Origin: Halocafeteria seosinensis
Lineage: Eukaryota
NCBI GenBank assembly: GCA_001687465.1
Contig: LVLI01000098.1
Coordinates: 1-64,000 of the forward strand
Length of the DNA: 64,000 nt
Direction: 5' to 3'
The notes beneath the pieces were generated by a model, which was not told where the DNA came from, did no database searches, and saw nothing but the letters and a program-made list of their open reading frames with translations. Made by a program: the position numbers and the translations under genes. Below, in pieces: positions 36,507 to 50,300 of the stretch. Position 1 is the stretch's first letter; every line of letters begins with the position of its first letter.

Positions 36507-37159
36507 TTGTATAGGTGGTACTGGATACTGGCAGTACCATACAACTGGACTTTGCTTCATTCAGCTGCGTATCCATGAGACTAAAGCTCCCACGAATACG
36601 TACTCACAATACCAATCTGTTGAGTATATACCTTTCAAATAGAGCAGAGCAGCGATTTAGTACAGTGGTAGTTCAATTGATTGACCACTTCGCTTCCGCA
36701 TCAGCCGAAGCACAATTCGCGTGGTAGCAGTCGGGATCATTGCTGTGCTTGGTGAATTCTGAAGCACTGACCACATGAATAAGTCAATCGATACTCCATT
36801 CGCAGAAAAGTGACCTTTTGCCTCTAGGAATCATCACACTGAGGACGCTGGAACTGGAATTGTTGATTTCTTACAATGAACGTAGGTCAAACGACGAACT
36901 TCCTTGAAGAACGTACCGAGCACACAATTAACCACAAGCACCGGTGTCAAGGGTCGTTTGGTGTGTATATAGGATGGGGCTTTGCCTCACTGGCCAATGG
37001 CCAAGTTGCAGTGGAAGTTGAAGTTGGGCAGGCACAGAACAATTTCCTTACAGAAGCTATAAACACATTCCACTCAGAATTTCGACTTGTCCCATAGCGA
37101 CGGAATGCAGAAACCACCAAGGCATCGTGAGTGGCTGTAGAGCAGGGTCGCTGTAAATA

Positions 37160-40100
37160 ATGTCTGTGGACGAAGAACAGCCGTCCGAGCCGGATTTGGC
37201 TACGGACGCCGTCTTATCCTCTCTTTACATCAACGTAGGGACCTTCATCGCCATCACATACTCTGTGAGTGTACTCCGAAAGATTGTACCGGAGTTCTTT
37301 CACCCTCGGCAATACAAAGTGGATGATTATGGGGCAATCCACCGCCGGGAACTTCCTGGGAAAACCCAGTTACCCCCAAATTCCCGTAATCAAGACTTGT
37401 ACGTACGGTAAATATTCGATCAAGATGATGGTGTATCTTAGTTTTACTGAATGGTTTTTCGATACTCCGACAGGAGAGTGACCCGGGACAGCGATGGACG
37501 AGGTCCACCCATCATCCCTGAGCAGTGGACACTTCAATGGATCCTCTTCGTGTGGAGCATTCCTCTGGAGACTGTTTTGAATAAAGTGTAAGGAACTCAG
37601 GTCTTGGATTAGCGTTTATGGCAACGTCCAAAGGCATGGACATGATGTACAGGGGACTAGATGCGTATATGTTCTTACGCTTTGGTCAACGGTTGGGACT
37701 GTTTTTTGCGTTGCTGACCGTCGTCGGTTGCGGGGCAATGCTACCCATAAATAGATTTATGGGAACAAATGGCGCCTCTGGATTCGATCAGTTCTCAATG
37801 GCGAATGTCGCTCAGTCCGATAGCATTTTGTGGGTGCATGCCCTCTCTGTTACTTTGTTCACTTGCGCAGCTTACTATATGGTGCTATCGCTTGAGAGAG
37901 AATACGTGGAACTACGACATCGATACTTGCGCCATGGAATGTATTACAGAACAACGCCAAAACCAAAGAGTGTAGATCGGTCGCAAGTGGGTCGCTCAGA
38001 GCGTCGAACAGATGACAATACTGCCAATGCCTCCAGTGCCACCAGCGGTCAGTTTCTGCAACGACAACTCTTTGATGGAGTCATGGAGAAGCTACGACGA
38101 TGGCTCGTCCACGTGCCAGAAATGAGTGAAAGTAACGTTGATTCAAGAATTGATCAACCGTACATCCACAAACCAAGACTGTACACCATTATGGTAGAGG
38201 ATCTCCCCTCGTGGATCAGGTGCGATGGGCAGCTCTACTACTTCTTTGATTTCTTCTTCCCTCATAAAGTCCATCGCGCCTCTTTGATCATGTATGCATC
38301 CGAGTTGGATGGACTATTTGCAGCACGGAACTCGACACTAAGGCTTTTAGAAACGGCTGAGCAGTTCAAGGAGTATGATAATGCGGACACTACCGGTGGC
38401 AAGACGTCCAGCGAAGTTACTGAGGAGGAGAAACAGCGTTTGCTTGGTACCTCCACAAGCTCCCAGAACAGAGACAGCAGGACATCGTCGACTGATGACA
38501 ATGTGCAGTTAGTTCTATTTCCGCAGAATATCCAGTCGTATGCCAACCGATACTGCTGTGGTCCGTTTTATCGTACTCTTTGTTGTGGTTGTTACAAACG
38601 CTGCTGCTCTTGCTGCGACGATGGTGGACGCCATGAATCACAGCTTATTGAAGCTCTTGGAAGTATGGAACAATGTGTGTTAAGCAATGGGAAAACGTAC
38701 AGAGTTCATGCTCGTCCTTACTTGGAAAAATTATTGGAGGTACAGACGAATAAGCTGCAGGAACTGCGGAACGTCGCGAAAATTCAACTGCGTCCTAAAA
38801 AGGGACTTCGTAACGCAGTGGCTGAAGAGGGCCGTACTCCGGATACTTCTCTTACCTCAACTTTGAAGCAAACCGGTCTACTGGTAAAAGATGTGTACAG
38901 AGACGGATACCATTACACCGCCGAGCTCATAACTGGCCCCGACACAACCTCGCGGCAAAACCAAGAAGGTTTCCGTCCATCTTCGACCGGCTTCGTTACA
39001 TTCACCTCTAAGGAAGCTGTAGTGCAAGCAGTATGGCTGAGTAAAGCGCAGCATAGCTCCGACAACGCATGGCAACTCAACGAAACTCTTAGAGAAATCC
39101 AATCCCAAGAGGGGGGTGGGGAGCGATTACATCTCTTGGCCAAAGAATCTCTATCAATCCACCAGGCACCGGCACCTGAAGACGTACGTTCTTTGCTCAT
39201 AGGTAGTTACTCATCTAGAAGTAACGTTCTTACCTTATATGTGTCTGCCTTTCCCCTGTGTGTATTTTGCAGTTGATATGGTCTCATCTAACTGTATCGA
39301 AGTATATTCGAAGACCGCGCAAGTTGTTTGCGTTGCTATGCAGTCTCCTAGTACAGCTTTCGTATTCTGGATTCGTTGCTTTAGTCTCTAGCCTCGTGTC
39401 GGCTGAGAACTTTCAAAAGATCGTCCCTCTTTTTGGCAGTGTTACTCAGAGCAACTCATTCTTGCGAGGATTTTTTACTGGGTTCTTGCCTGCGTTTCTC
39501 GTGGCTCGGATCCTTGCCTACTTGAGTCCATTACTGGACTGGCTCTCCGAAATGGAATTTACTCCAACGAGGTCCCGTAGTACAGCGGCTACAATTTCGA
39601 AAATGTTCCGTTTTCAAGCTTGGCAAGTTATGTTCATTTTCGCTATATCCGGAACAATCCTTGATTCACTCCACCGAATCCTAGACAATCCGGGTGAAAT
39701 TTTTTATCTACTAGGGGCATCTCTACCTCGGCTCTCGACGTTTTTCATCAACCTGCTAATGGTGTGGACGTTCTCGATGCTTCCTGGAAATCTCTTGCGC
39801 TGGTGGCCGTTGACCAAGTATTATTTCAACTTCCGAGGTATTAGTCTGCTTCGATCTATTCTCTCACTGAATGCAGAAGGCAAAGATCGCAAACCAAAGC
39901 ACACGTGGCAGCTGTGGAAGATGACCCGACGACAGTTTTTTGAAGATGTACTGCTGGCATCAGGATTCTCCTGGTCATTCGAAGTAACGAACACACTCTT
40001 GGTCTTTCTTATCGGTATCACGTATACCTCTTTGAATCCGATGATTGCTCCTTTCGCTATGGCGTTCTACTGTGTGGCAGGCTTTGTTTGGAAGTACTCC

Positions 40101-40544
40101 TTCCTGTACATCAACCACAAAAAGTGGGAAACTGGAGGCAGCTTATTGTTCCCGTTCATGGTGAGACGAATAACAACCTCGCTGATTGTATTCCAGATGA
40201 CGTACGTCGGATTCTTGGGGATGAAACATAGCCGAAGCGTTGTAATACTCGTCCCACTCCTTTTCTTGACTTGGAGCTTCGACCGTTTTATTCGACGGAA
40301 GTACGAGGATTTTGCTGAAACATTATCTCCCCGTGAGTGCCGAGAAGATGACAAACTGCAAGAGCATAACCATTCCCAGCAAAAAGACTCTGCCTTTTCG
40401 TCCTTAGAAGAACTCAAGAAGAAGGAGTTTAGCAAAGAGGAGTCGTCCGTATGCTTTGACTCTGCTTATCTACGCCCAAGCCTGAATCCGCAGAGCGATT
40501 GGAAACCTCATGACGTTTCAGTAGACCACGCTTTGTACTGCTGA
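37160..40544 (+). CDS. CSC1/OSCA/TMEM63-family calcium-permeable stress-gated channel; multi-exon
   Basis: GLDAYMFLRF, FSMANV, LWVHAL, YTIMVEDLP, TGFVTF, APAPED, LGASLPRLSTFFI, YTSLNPMIAPF, WKYSFLY...ETGG. Confidence 0.92.
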
Positions 40545-40954
40545 TGTATTCTCTAATGTGGCTAAGCAAGTTGGTCAACTGTCAGAATACATGTTGATCC
40601 CACTGTATTCGCTCCTGTCACGGAAGTTTATCCATGTTGTAGCTTGTTCTTCGATGTCTGTACAACCACAAGCATTTCGTCGTGAGGTAAACAATGGAGT
40701 GTAAATGAGTTTATGCAGTACGAGCTAACCTAAGTAGGGCATCGGGACTTCTTGCTTGCGAGCATCCATACACTCTACTTTACTTCTCGTCTAGGATCTG
40801 TGTACAAATTCCATTGGCATGCATCGGTTACGTTAGTTGCTCTACCTTCTACACGTATGCTAATTGTTATTACATCCGTTGTACAATATCATGATGTACT
40901 TGAATGTGTTTTCCCATATACAGTCAAGTATGGATTACTGTACAAATATTGGCC

Positions 40955-42088
40955 TTATGACATCGCCATCGGCAGCTCACCATCACATAGATTCACCAAT
41001 TCGAACCATGCATCCACAATTGCATACGAAGGGATCGAGCTTTCGAAAAAGCCCCATAAAGGATTCCTCACCAGGAATTCGTAGACTGTCATATACTTAT
41101 GAGTGGTGTCTAACTGAAGACTGAGGGCTTTCCAGAAGCTCACGTTTTTTGCTAACGTCATCCGAGCAACCTCAGAGCGGTGGAATCCACCATCTTTTCT
41201 AACTAGTCTACCCACTAGCTGGAAACCCTCCACATCACCAAGTTCATTCTGTTGAACAGCCACACGGTACCGTTGCCAACAGTGATAAATTGGCTCTACG
41301 AGAGCAGCAGCCATCAGCTTTAGGAAAAGAATAAAATATTGCACGAGATCAACAGTTGCCGTCACAAGTAGCGGTGGCAAGTAGCAAAACGTAAATCCAA
41401 GTGTTCCGAAAATTGCAAGCGCCCAGGCAAACAGTGGAATGAAGCTCCAAGCCAACAATCCCATCCCACATCGATATAGCGGCGGACTGTCATCACGACG
41501 GAAACACAAGACGGGAAATACGCAGTCCCGGCAAATGGCGAAACTAGCGTCTGCGGGATCTTTGTGGAAACCACTTTGTCCCGGTTGCCGGTTATTCGCC
41601 GGCTCTTCAGCGCAGCAGGCACCGAAACAACAGCGCCACTCGAAAGGTTGCATCGGTAGCATAGAGTCAAATCGGCGATACCAAGGAGATTGCATAATAA
41701 AGTATGAACCCTCTCCGTCCAACCAGTGTTGGTATGCCTCTCGTCCAGCAAGCTCGGCGTCTTGGCCTTCTTCTCCTTCATCTTCGTGCGTGGGTTCCAA
41801 ACCAATTTGGATTGACGTGTAGAGTCTCCAGCAAAGCCATCGAGCGGTGCAGAACACGGATGCAAATTTGACAAAGTGAATGAAGACCGGGAGAAAATAG
41901 GATGGGTAAGGCGATTCAATCACCGTGTCGACAGCGAACTCGTTTTCGTCGGCAGCGGAATGCAGTTGCTCCATGTCTTCGGCGAACTTTGGGTGGATGC
42001 CAGAAACGCTGCTGCTGATCTCATGGACATCTAGTTCCTGCGCCAAATCTTTCCTAAATTGCTTGGGATTGACAAAAACTCGTGCCAT
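40955..42088 (-). CDS. Uncharacterised Cys-rich membrane protein, family member A1
   Basis: 377-aa ORF, MARVFVNPKQFRKDL...FLVRNPLWGFFE...AW; paralogous to copies at 55.8-63.6 kb. Confidence 0.75.
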   Translation of the reverse strand: MARVFVNPKQFRKDLAQELDVHEISSSVSGIHPKFAEDMEQLHSAADENEFAVDTVIESPYPSYFLPVFIHFVKFASVFCTARWLCWRLYTSIQIGLEPTHEDEGEEGQDAELAGREAYQHWLDGEGSYFIMQSPWYRRFDSMLPMQPFEWRCCFGACCAEEPANNRQPGQSGFHKDPADASFAICRDCVFPVLCFRRDDSPPLYRCGMGLLAWSFIPLFAWALAIFGTLGFTFCYLPPLLVTATVDLVQYFILFLKLMAAALVEPIYHCWQRYRVAVQQNELGDVEGFQLVGRLVRKDGGFHRSEVARMTLAKNVSFWKALSLQLDTTHKYMTVYEFLVRNPLWGFFESSIPSYAIVDAWFELVNLCDGELPMAMS

Positions 42089-43099
42089 CTTGACGTTGGG
42101 GAGACCATGAAGCCTGTTTATATAGTGTGCGAGGAAGGTCTCCTTCCAGCTTGTAAGTGTTCTGCGATTCCAGAGTGGAAGCGCACCGGAACTTTTCCAG
42201 TAACGGACAAATTAGAAAAGACTCTGCTTATACTCGTAACAGTACGATAATTGCTCTGTCAAATTCAATCCAGCATGTCGTTCCCACAGAGGGACCCACA
42301 CTAGGTTGGTAGGAGATCATCGAGATGCGAACTTTGGAGTGGTCGCACCCAACATGTGCGTCTTTGCTGTTGTTGTTGTGTTGCCCATGTTCATGGTGGT
42401 AGTTTCGAGGAAGGAAGATGTCACCGAGAGCTACACTGGATATACGCAACTAAATATATACGCCTATGTCTGTGGTGTGTGACATGGAATTGCGTCACAC
42501 CCTCATGGCGAAGGTGGCGATTCACAACAGTGCTAGCGTTACGGCCCCTAACTTATGGTTAAGCGTGGCAGTAACCGATCTGATGACGGCCAAACTGTCT
42601 GTCACGTTGATCCGCCACAACGTAAAGATGTTGGACCGGTTCCGGGTAGGGTTCACCCCTCACACGGCGTAGCGTAGCCTGTAGCGTACACGTCTTCCGG
42701 TGAATGCACTCAAGCTCTCACGTTTAAGCAGGAGTTTCATAGCCTTTTTGATATCTCTCAATCAAAGTTATTGTATACTCTAGAGAAGCAGACAGGCGAA
42801 TCAATGTCCTTCGGCAAGGTTCTCGAATGGGCATCACAACCAGAAATATATCTAGTGGATCCTTCCGGTGCGCTGACGCTGCAGCGAAAACGCTTCCTGG
42901 CTTCGCTCCGATTGGGAATCCCTAGCTTTTGCATGACTCTTGATTCAACAAAGCGATTGCAACCTTTATACAACCCCCTTGACATGGCTGCGATACTGCG
43001 GACTGTGCAAAAAGTCTATTCCTGAGCTCCCGCAGTTGGAATGGCTCCCGGATTCGCGTGTTGTCTATAATACCCTTCTCAAGAAAACAATTCGACTCG

Positions 43100-44300
43100 A
43101 GGGACTCACGAAGTTTGGAAGAAAGAAGCAGAATTGTCCGTGGCTTCTGCGAGTGAATCTGGTGCGGATTTGTCTCTGTTGTGTGGGATTGGCTGCCGAG
43201 TTTGTTCTTGGATCCTTTCCATTCGACGAGTGTTTCGTCTTTACGGACATCTGCGAAAACCTGTATAGGAAAGATACCGACTTGCCTGTCCGACCTTGTC
43301 TTCTTTGGGCAGGCTTTTGAGGCTATGGAGGTACTGGCCCCCTTTGGTTCCTGCACATGGTTTGGAGGGGGTTGAATGTGCATTGCCTTTCTTTTCGCCC
43401 TGTCTTAAGCTTTCTGTTTCATTTTGTCTTCTGCAGTTTTCGATGGTGCTGCGGTGATCTGAGAATCCGCGCTGACACAGCTGGTATCCTTGACGTGCGC
43501 GAGTGCAGTAGAGCGGAGTAACGGTACTAATGCACACATTGTACAAGTTGTACAGTAGAGCTTGGGACATCTGTTCTGAAGTCTACCGGTGCTTCGGGAA
43601 AACCGGCCGCTTTGTGGCTTGGTTTCTTGCAGTTCGCACATTTGCACATTCTCTTTGCACCTATCTCGGCTGCACCTTTAATCCTTGGGTGGGGAAATCC
43701 CGTCAAAGCGAGAGGCAGGTTTTTACCTGGCCATTGCTTCATCGGGAAGGCATTGGTCTGGATCATATTCATCAAGTAATTCTCCGGTCGTAGGCATGGG
43801 AAAACTCTTGAGGATGGAAATTGCTTGCCCTATCACAATTGTTTTACGATTTTCGCGGGTGATATTGCCCCAATCCTCAATGGAATAGTACCGGTGGGGG
43901 AACATGTCCCCACTCGGCCCACGGCCCGATTAGCTACAGCGACCAGGGAGGTCATGTGTTCATCTAAGAATCAAGAGACAATCAGAGCAATGTGAGTGGA
44001 TTGGCAAGAATGTCAATTTGTTCATTTTGATGTACACTTTATACTTTAACTCTGAGTAATCAACATGGAGTAGAAGAATGTAGTCGTCAATTTATGGTGG
44101 ATAGTTTTCTCGCACAATAGCCAAATGCAACGAAGTGACCTCTTTGAACAAGACGTTGGTAAGCAATGGTAGAAATGCTGAAGTTTAGCTCCTTTTGCTG
44201 CAGAGGAGTTGAACAAATAAGCAAAGCAGTAACAGGCTCCAGGTTCATCCAGCAACGTCTGTGCCAATATGTTACACTGCATGGGATATAACGGCTTCGT
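43100..44300 (-). mobile_element. Degenerate Mutator-like (MULE) transposase C-terminal remnant
   Basis: Broken frames giving SWIM-like HCSDC...EH, then RYYSIEDW, PHPRIKG and a zinc knuckle CKCANCKKPSHK. This order is typical of MULE transposases. No DDE core or TIRs identified. Confidence 0.45.
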
Positions 44301-44363
44301 CTTTACTCCTTATCGATCATTGGCTGACGTAAATTCTTCGCGTCCGTGAACACTGTGGAGAAA

Positions 44364-47300
44364 CTAATCTGGCTTCTTCACATCGTTAGCCTCGCTCGCA
44401 TTGGTACGGGCAGCGCGTGATGTGGACCATTCGTTACTCCCTGTGTGCTCAAACCCAAACTGGGATTTGGAGCTCAGGTCTGTATGCTCCGTCTCTACAC
44501 CGCCGGTATCTGCCCCAGGGCTCCTTAGTCTCGTTGCTGTCTGCTTGGCAGGGCCTGCAAGGTCATGTGTATCTGATAGCTCCGTCTCTAGTCTTTCCAA
44601 GCTATTTGTACTGGAGTCACTATCGTCCGACGATAATGCCCCTGCTAGTACAGGCACTGGGGACTCTTTCAGTGTTGCGGCTGCCTCGTTGCTGTCGTTG
44701 TGCGTCGTTGCGGCTTCTTCCTCTGTGGCATCGATCTTGTCTTTGGTAGTGTCCACTGATTCCGTATCCATGCTAGCCAAGTCGTTCGTGTCTGAATTGT
44801 CATTGCTTGTTGATTTTGTTCCTTGTACAAGCGTGGCGCCGCGCAACTCGCTATTGGGTGCTTCTTCAGCGTGAGATCGTTGCAAATGACTCGAAGTCCA
44901 ATTCAGCTCCGCTCCTCGTTCACCTTCACCTGCGGATTCCTCGTCAAGCACGTCCTTGAAAAGAGCGGACACTCTCCGCGCATCATACTGTTCTTCGGCC
45001 GGAGACGTCCCGTCATTGATTTCTGGGGACTGTGCTTGTTTTGTCTCCTTCGTCTCTTTCGTCTTCTCTGTCTCATGCCAAGTGCGCTCCGATTGTCCAT
45101 TTCCATGACTGACAGAACACACTTCTCCGGGTAACACACGAGTAGGATCTATTCCGCTGGACCTATAGGGACGGGGTTCATCTCCGTATCGCTCAGAGTA
45201 TCGAATGTCTGAAAATCGTCGAGCAGCAATGGTATTGCTCCGACCGCAAGTGAGCTTGTGCCATTTGAACTCTTTCGTACGTTTACAGAGTATCTTACAC
45301 GCCTCCAGGAAAAGTACGGCAAGACTGTACAACATACAGATGAGCATTATTGCTTGAATAAGCAAAACAACGAGGTCAACGATGTCGACGTCTTGCCCAT
45401 CCAGTGACTGACGAAGCAGCCCCAGCCCAGCAGTACTGGCAATACACAGGGACTTTAGCAATTCTAACTTGTTCAAGGGAGATTCGCTCTTGTAGGGTCG
45501 AACGATTCCCGCCATGCTCATAAAGAACACGACAACTATGGTGGTCACAACAGACTGATAGAGAGCATCAGACATCAGAAATGCCACTAGTAGGAGTAGT
45601 GACTTCCGCAACACTTCCACAGCGGGCCATAAGTAGCCCCGGTTCCTAACTCTCAATCCGTCAATATTATCCAAGAATTCCAAGCGACGTTCCTCAGTGT
45701 CAGCCGTCCTGTGCTTCCATGTGCGATGGAGCGTTATCAATAGCGGAAAGCCAAGAACTATGGTGACAAGCGTGAACCCAGCAAGTGCTACAAGTACAGT
45801 ATATTCAGAACCTTCCGTTGTGACACTGATGTCAGCTTGTAGACGCTGCTTGCCGAAAATCTCGTAGGGGTAAATGTTAAATATTTTGACCACTGCCATC
45901 GTGGTGGCAGTATGCAATTGTCCTAACAAAGTGGTAATTGGGTTCAGCGAAGATTTGAACGCTTCTCTTCCCGTCATATGTGTTCCTCTCACACTGGCAT
46001 GAATGACGAACTGTAGCCACTGGGAAGCGACGATGATTATCCAAGGAGACACCAGCGAAAGCAAGCTCATACTGAAGAAATCAAACTGTGAGACGCATCG
46101 GAACGCGTCTGGTCGGGTTGGATCCATTAGAAAGAGACGTGAGAACTCGCGATACCACCTGGCATCTCCCGCGAAAGGTGTATACTTCAATTCACCAATG
46201 ACGGAACTCATCTGCAGATAGTCCATGCCAAACAATACCAGTAGCTGTAGGTATGAGACCGGATCCACTACGTCCTCTGTTTTGATTGACTCTTCAGCTA
46301 CGTGATCAAAGTGGATTTGCACATCCGACCACTGAGAAAAGGAGCTACGGTCGTTGTCTACTCCCTCCGCGTTGGGTTCTTCCCCCGTAACTCTCTTAAA
46401 CTCGCGAATATTCAACCCTGCTAGTACGGAAACGGCAACAATAACCCAGAGAACTACAGTCGCTTGATTACGCTGATGATTTTCACATTCCAAGCACGTC
46501 CCTTCCGTCTTAACATACCCTTCTTGACAGTCATCGCAAAGAGGACCTCGCCGACCTTCAGAGCACTTTATAATAAAGTGTGTGCTGTTAACAATGCAAG
46601 CAGATTCAGGCTCACACTCATGCATCCGAACTTGCTCACTCCTTCTCAGTTGGTCCACAATGAACTTCTGGACGGTCTGATTTTTGGGTTGGCGAGGACT
46701 GTCAAATGCACAAACCTCGCACCAGAATCCATCTTGAAGCAGCAGCTGACCCCTAAGGCACTCAAAACCCTTTGATGGACAAGGAATGCACCCACTACTC
46801 CCTTCCAGTGAAAAGTGCTCAGACGGGCATGAGTCACATTTCTCCTGGTTGGATGGCTCCGCGATGAAACGACCTGGAGGGCATGGTACGCATGGAGGAG
46901 AATCCGCGTTTGAGCGCGCAACTCCTAAGCGTGCATAACCCGTCCTGCATAAACACTTTGACCCCAGTGTATTTGGTACTTCGTTTTTGGGACACTCAAC
47001 TGTCCTTGTTTTCAATGTTATCGGAGAGCTCTCAATTGATGCGTTGTTTAGTTTTACATCAAGACTCGCTTTGCCTTGAGCGGTGAACGTGATCGAGAAA
47101 CGAAAACTGCCGATTTCGTCGCCTTGACCAATCCCTGTTGGATAGTTCTTATCGATGGACGAATCAGATATATCCTCGTCTTCAGGTCGGACTGAAACAG
47201 AGACGTATGGTAACCCTTTGGATGCAATGTTGAGTGTCTCTTTCCAAAAGATTGCCGTGGCGGGCGAATTACCAAAGATATCCGCGAGTACAATGTTGAT

Positions 47301-50300
47301 CCATATTTCTTGATTCGCAAATGCGGTACGTGAATTAATGTCAATATGCGAATTCCCAGGGTCAGCAACACCAGGCAGGAAAGATGTTTCGACAGATAAA
47401 TCCCGCGTGTCCCTCGACCTCTCGAACGACGGATTCGCTATCCACTGTTGCACAGTTAAAATATTTAGCGAATACCTCAATACTGGCCTGTTGTTTAACG
47501 CACTGAACGTTGCGTCGCTATTGTTAAATGTAAGTCTTTCTTGAGGATACCGCATGCTTGCCCGAAACGTACGCCTGTTGTCTGGACTGATCACTGCTGA
47601 CGCAGGGGAAAACTGAAGCCAGTTACCAAATGACCTTACATTGTCTTCTACCAAAGAGGAAATAGGGGTTCGAGTACTGTTTCCTGTAAGATCACCCTCG
47701 GTATCAGTGGCTTGAAATTCCAGGTTGAAATCCAACAGCTTCAAGAACACTGGTTGATCTGCTACATTGAGTACATCCCACTGTACTTCCACTGTACCGA
47801 AAGGTTTCAGCGTAGTTTTTAAGGGGCGTTCAGGGCACACAAATACTGATGTTACCAAGAGGCTCAAGCGTACCCAATGCTGCTGACCTAAAAATCGAGT
47901 GGATTCCACAGATGGAGGGTCTTCCGCAGGGAAGTCTTGGGGGACACCTCTTCGAGAATCAGTTTCCAACAGTAGCCAAGCAGCAAATAGGCCTGAACTG
48001 TTTACGTTATCCGGCACCATTTCTACTGTTGTGAGTACTTGCTGCTCAATACCGGAAGCTGTTATCCCCGAAGACGAAAACGAAGAGGTAGTGGGCCTTA
48101 CCCAGAATGACGAGTGATTACTATTTGACACTTCGTTTCCGTCGTCTGTATACAACCGGGGCACCCAGTGAACAAAGTACTCTCCCGCATTAGACATCAG
48201 TATCCTACGCAATTGAGGCGAATCAGCGAAACTCATTTGTACATGTATTCTATCTTGAAGCATTTCTGTTTTCCCTTCGAGCATAAGAATCGACACATTA
48301 AGCGATATGACTGTAGAAACATCTAGCCCAATGTTGGATACAGTAACTGAGACGGTAGACTCGAGGAGGCCATACGGAGCCTGCTCAATATCAAACCCTA
48401 AGAAGATTTCAAATGATACCGACCCATTTGTAGACGTTCCTGGTTCTGGGAGGATAGCAATACCCTCCAGCTCATCGGCTTTACTCCATTCATATCGTTG
48501 GTTTTCACCCAGCGACAGAAGTACGGAATCTTCTACTACGTTTGAAGCATTTGCTTTAGACGCATTCCTGCCTTGGACTATTGAGATATTCCGGGGTTGA
48601 ACGTCTGCGTCCAGACCAACCTGTTGAACCACGGTCGAGACTTCCAAGGACACAGGTTGACTGGCCGAAACGATAGTTTCTCCATCCATCCCAATTCCAA
48701 ACTCCAGCGGCAGCATGAGGGGCGCCCCATCGTCTAGGCGTCTCATTCGGTTGACGGTCTGTTTTTTTAGCAGAGGAACTTGTGCCCTCATTAGTTTAGA
48801 CGCGTCGCCCCGGAAATGTAGGTCAAGAATGTAGGTCATCTCGCGACATGATCCCGACTGTCGAGCTTGATGGCCTCGGCAGCTGCCATTTGCCAACATT
48901 CGTGGCACACCTACAACCGGTAGTGCTACGTCAAGACCTGAGCCCTTAAATTGCTTCTGGCAACTGGAATAGACGAATTCACTCAACTGTTCAGAAGACA
49001 TGAACCTACTGCAGGTAATGGACGTCTCAGGCTCTCTCCCGTTTGCACTTTGCACCGTCAGCTCTGGGCCTTCTCCGATGAAAGACGAGTTCGTCGAAGA
49101 TGGTTGAAACGAAGCAATGCGGCTCTCTTTATGAACCATCGTGACGCAATTAAATGGATGCTTCGCTCCGCATGCCGACTTAGCGTTGACATTTTCTGTT
49201 AAGTTTCTGAAGACATTGGTTGGTGTCACCGTCGGGGTCACTGTAGCCGTTCCCGTAGATGTCGGTGTTGTTGTGGGGGTCCGCGTGGAGGTAACGGTCG
49301 GACTAACACTTGGCGTCGGGCTTGGGCTGGGAGCCATAGCAATCTTAGCAACAGGAGATGTCTGTATAGTGAATAGACTGGCGGAAAAGAGCCCAAATTC
49401 TTTAGATTCTCCGGTAATCGTCCTCCCATTGAACTGAATGCTGTCATTAGCAATCGTACTGTCACTCCATTCCAAGTTATTCTCATCGAATCGAAGTAAC
49501 ACAGGAACTATCAAACTTTGGGGACAAAAGACTTCGACCCATGCACCTTGTTGGGAGGGGCCACATCTAACTGTTAGGGTCCCAGTGCTATCCAGAAGCC
49601 GATCCAAGCACTGTACGCTGAATTCGGATATGCTTCCATTGCGGTTCTTCGGGCACAATCCCTTACGAGATGTCAGTTCTACCTCTTCAGATAAAATCTG
49701 CGTGACATCTGGAGCACTTACCAAGGAAATGCCCGACGGCTCCGGATACGTCACCAGGGTAACATTTAGAGATGCGTTCTCTTGGAGCGCAAGCTCTTGA
49801 TCGTTTCCCTTTCCTATAGCAAATGCCGAAATTCGCAGACTCTTGGATGCAATATTTCGTGCGAGCTTACTGCTGTCGAGTCGATCGAGTTCATCATTGG
49901 AAAGTTCTCTCAAGTTGCCCCCTTCGGAGAGGTAGACACTCATATTGTCGTTACTAAAAATATCCCCCTCTGGCAAGCGTGCGTTGATATAATTATCAAG
50001 TGAAGAAACAAGATACTTTGCAATGTCGGACTTCCTAGCAGCATTTCTAATCTTTGGCCCTTGGTCTCCCGGTAAAGGAGGATAGACGTATTCCTCAGCA
50101 ATCACGTCCGCTTTCACGGGTTCACTAAAAAGCACGGTTTCGTTCCTGGCTCGTGATACCGAAGGTTTATACCTCTCCAGATTGTTTGTCAACGTAGCAT
50201 TACGGTCACAATGGTCGAATTCGATTTCACTTAGTCCAACTCCGTGATATAAACCAGTGGGTGCCATCTGGAACTCGGAACTTCTACCAAGACGTCGACC

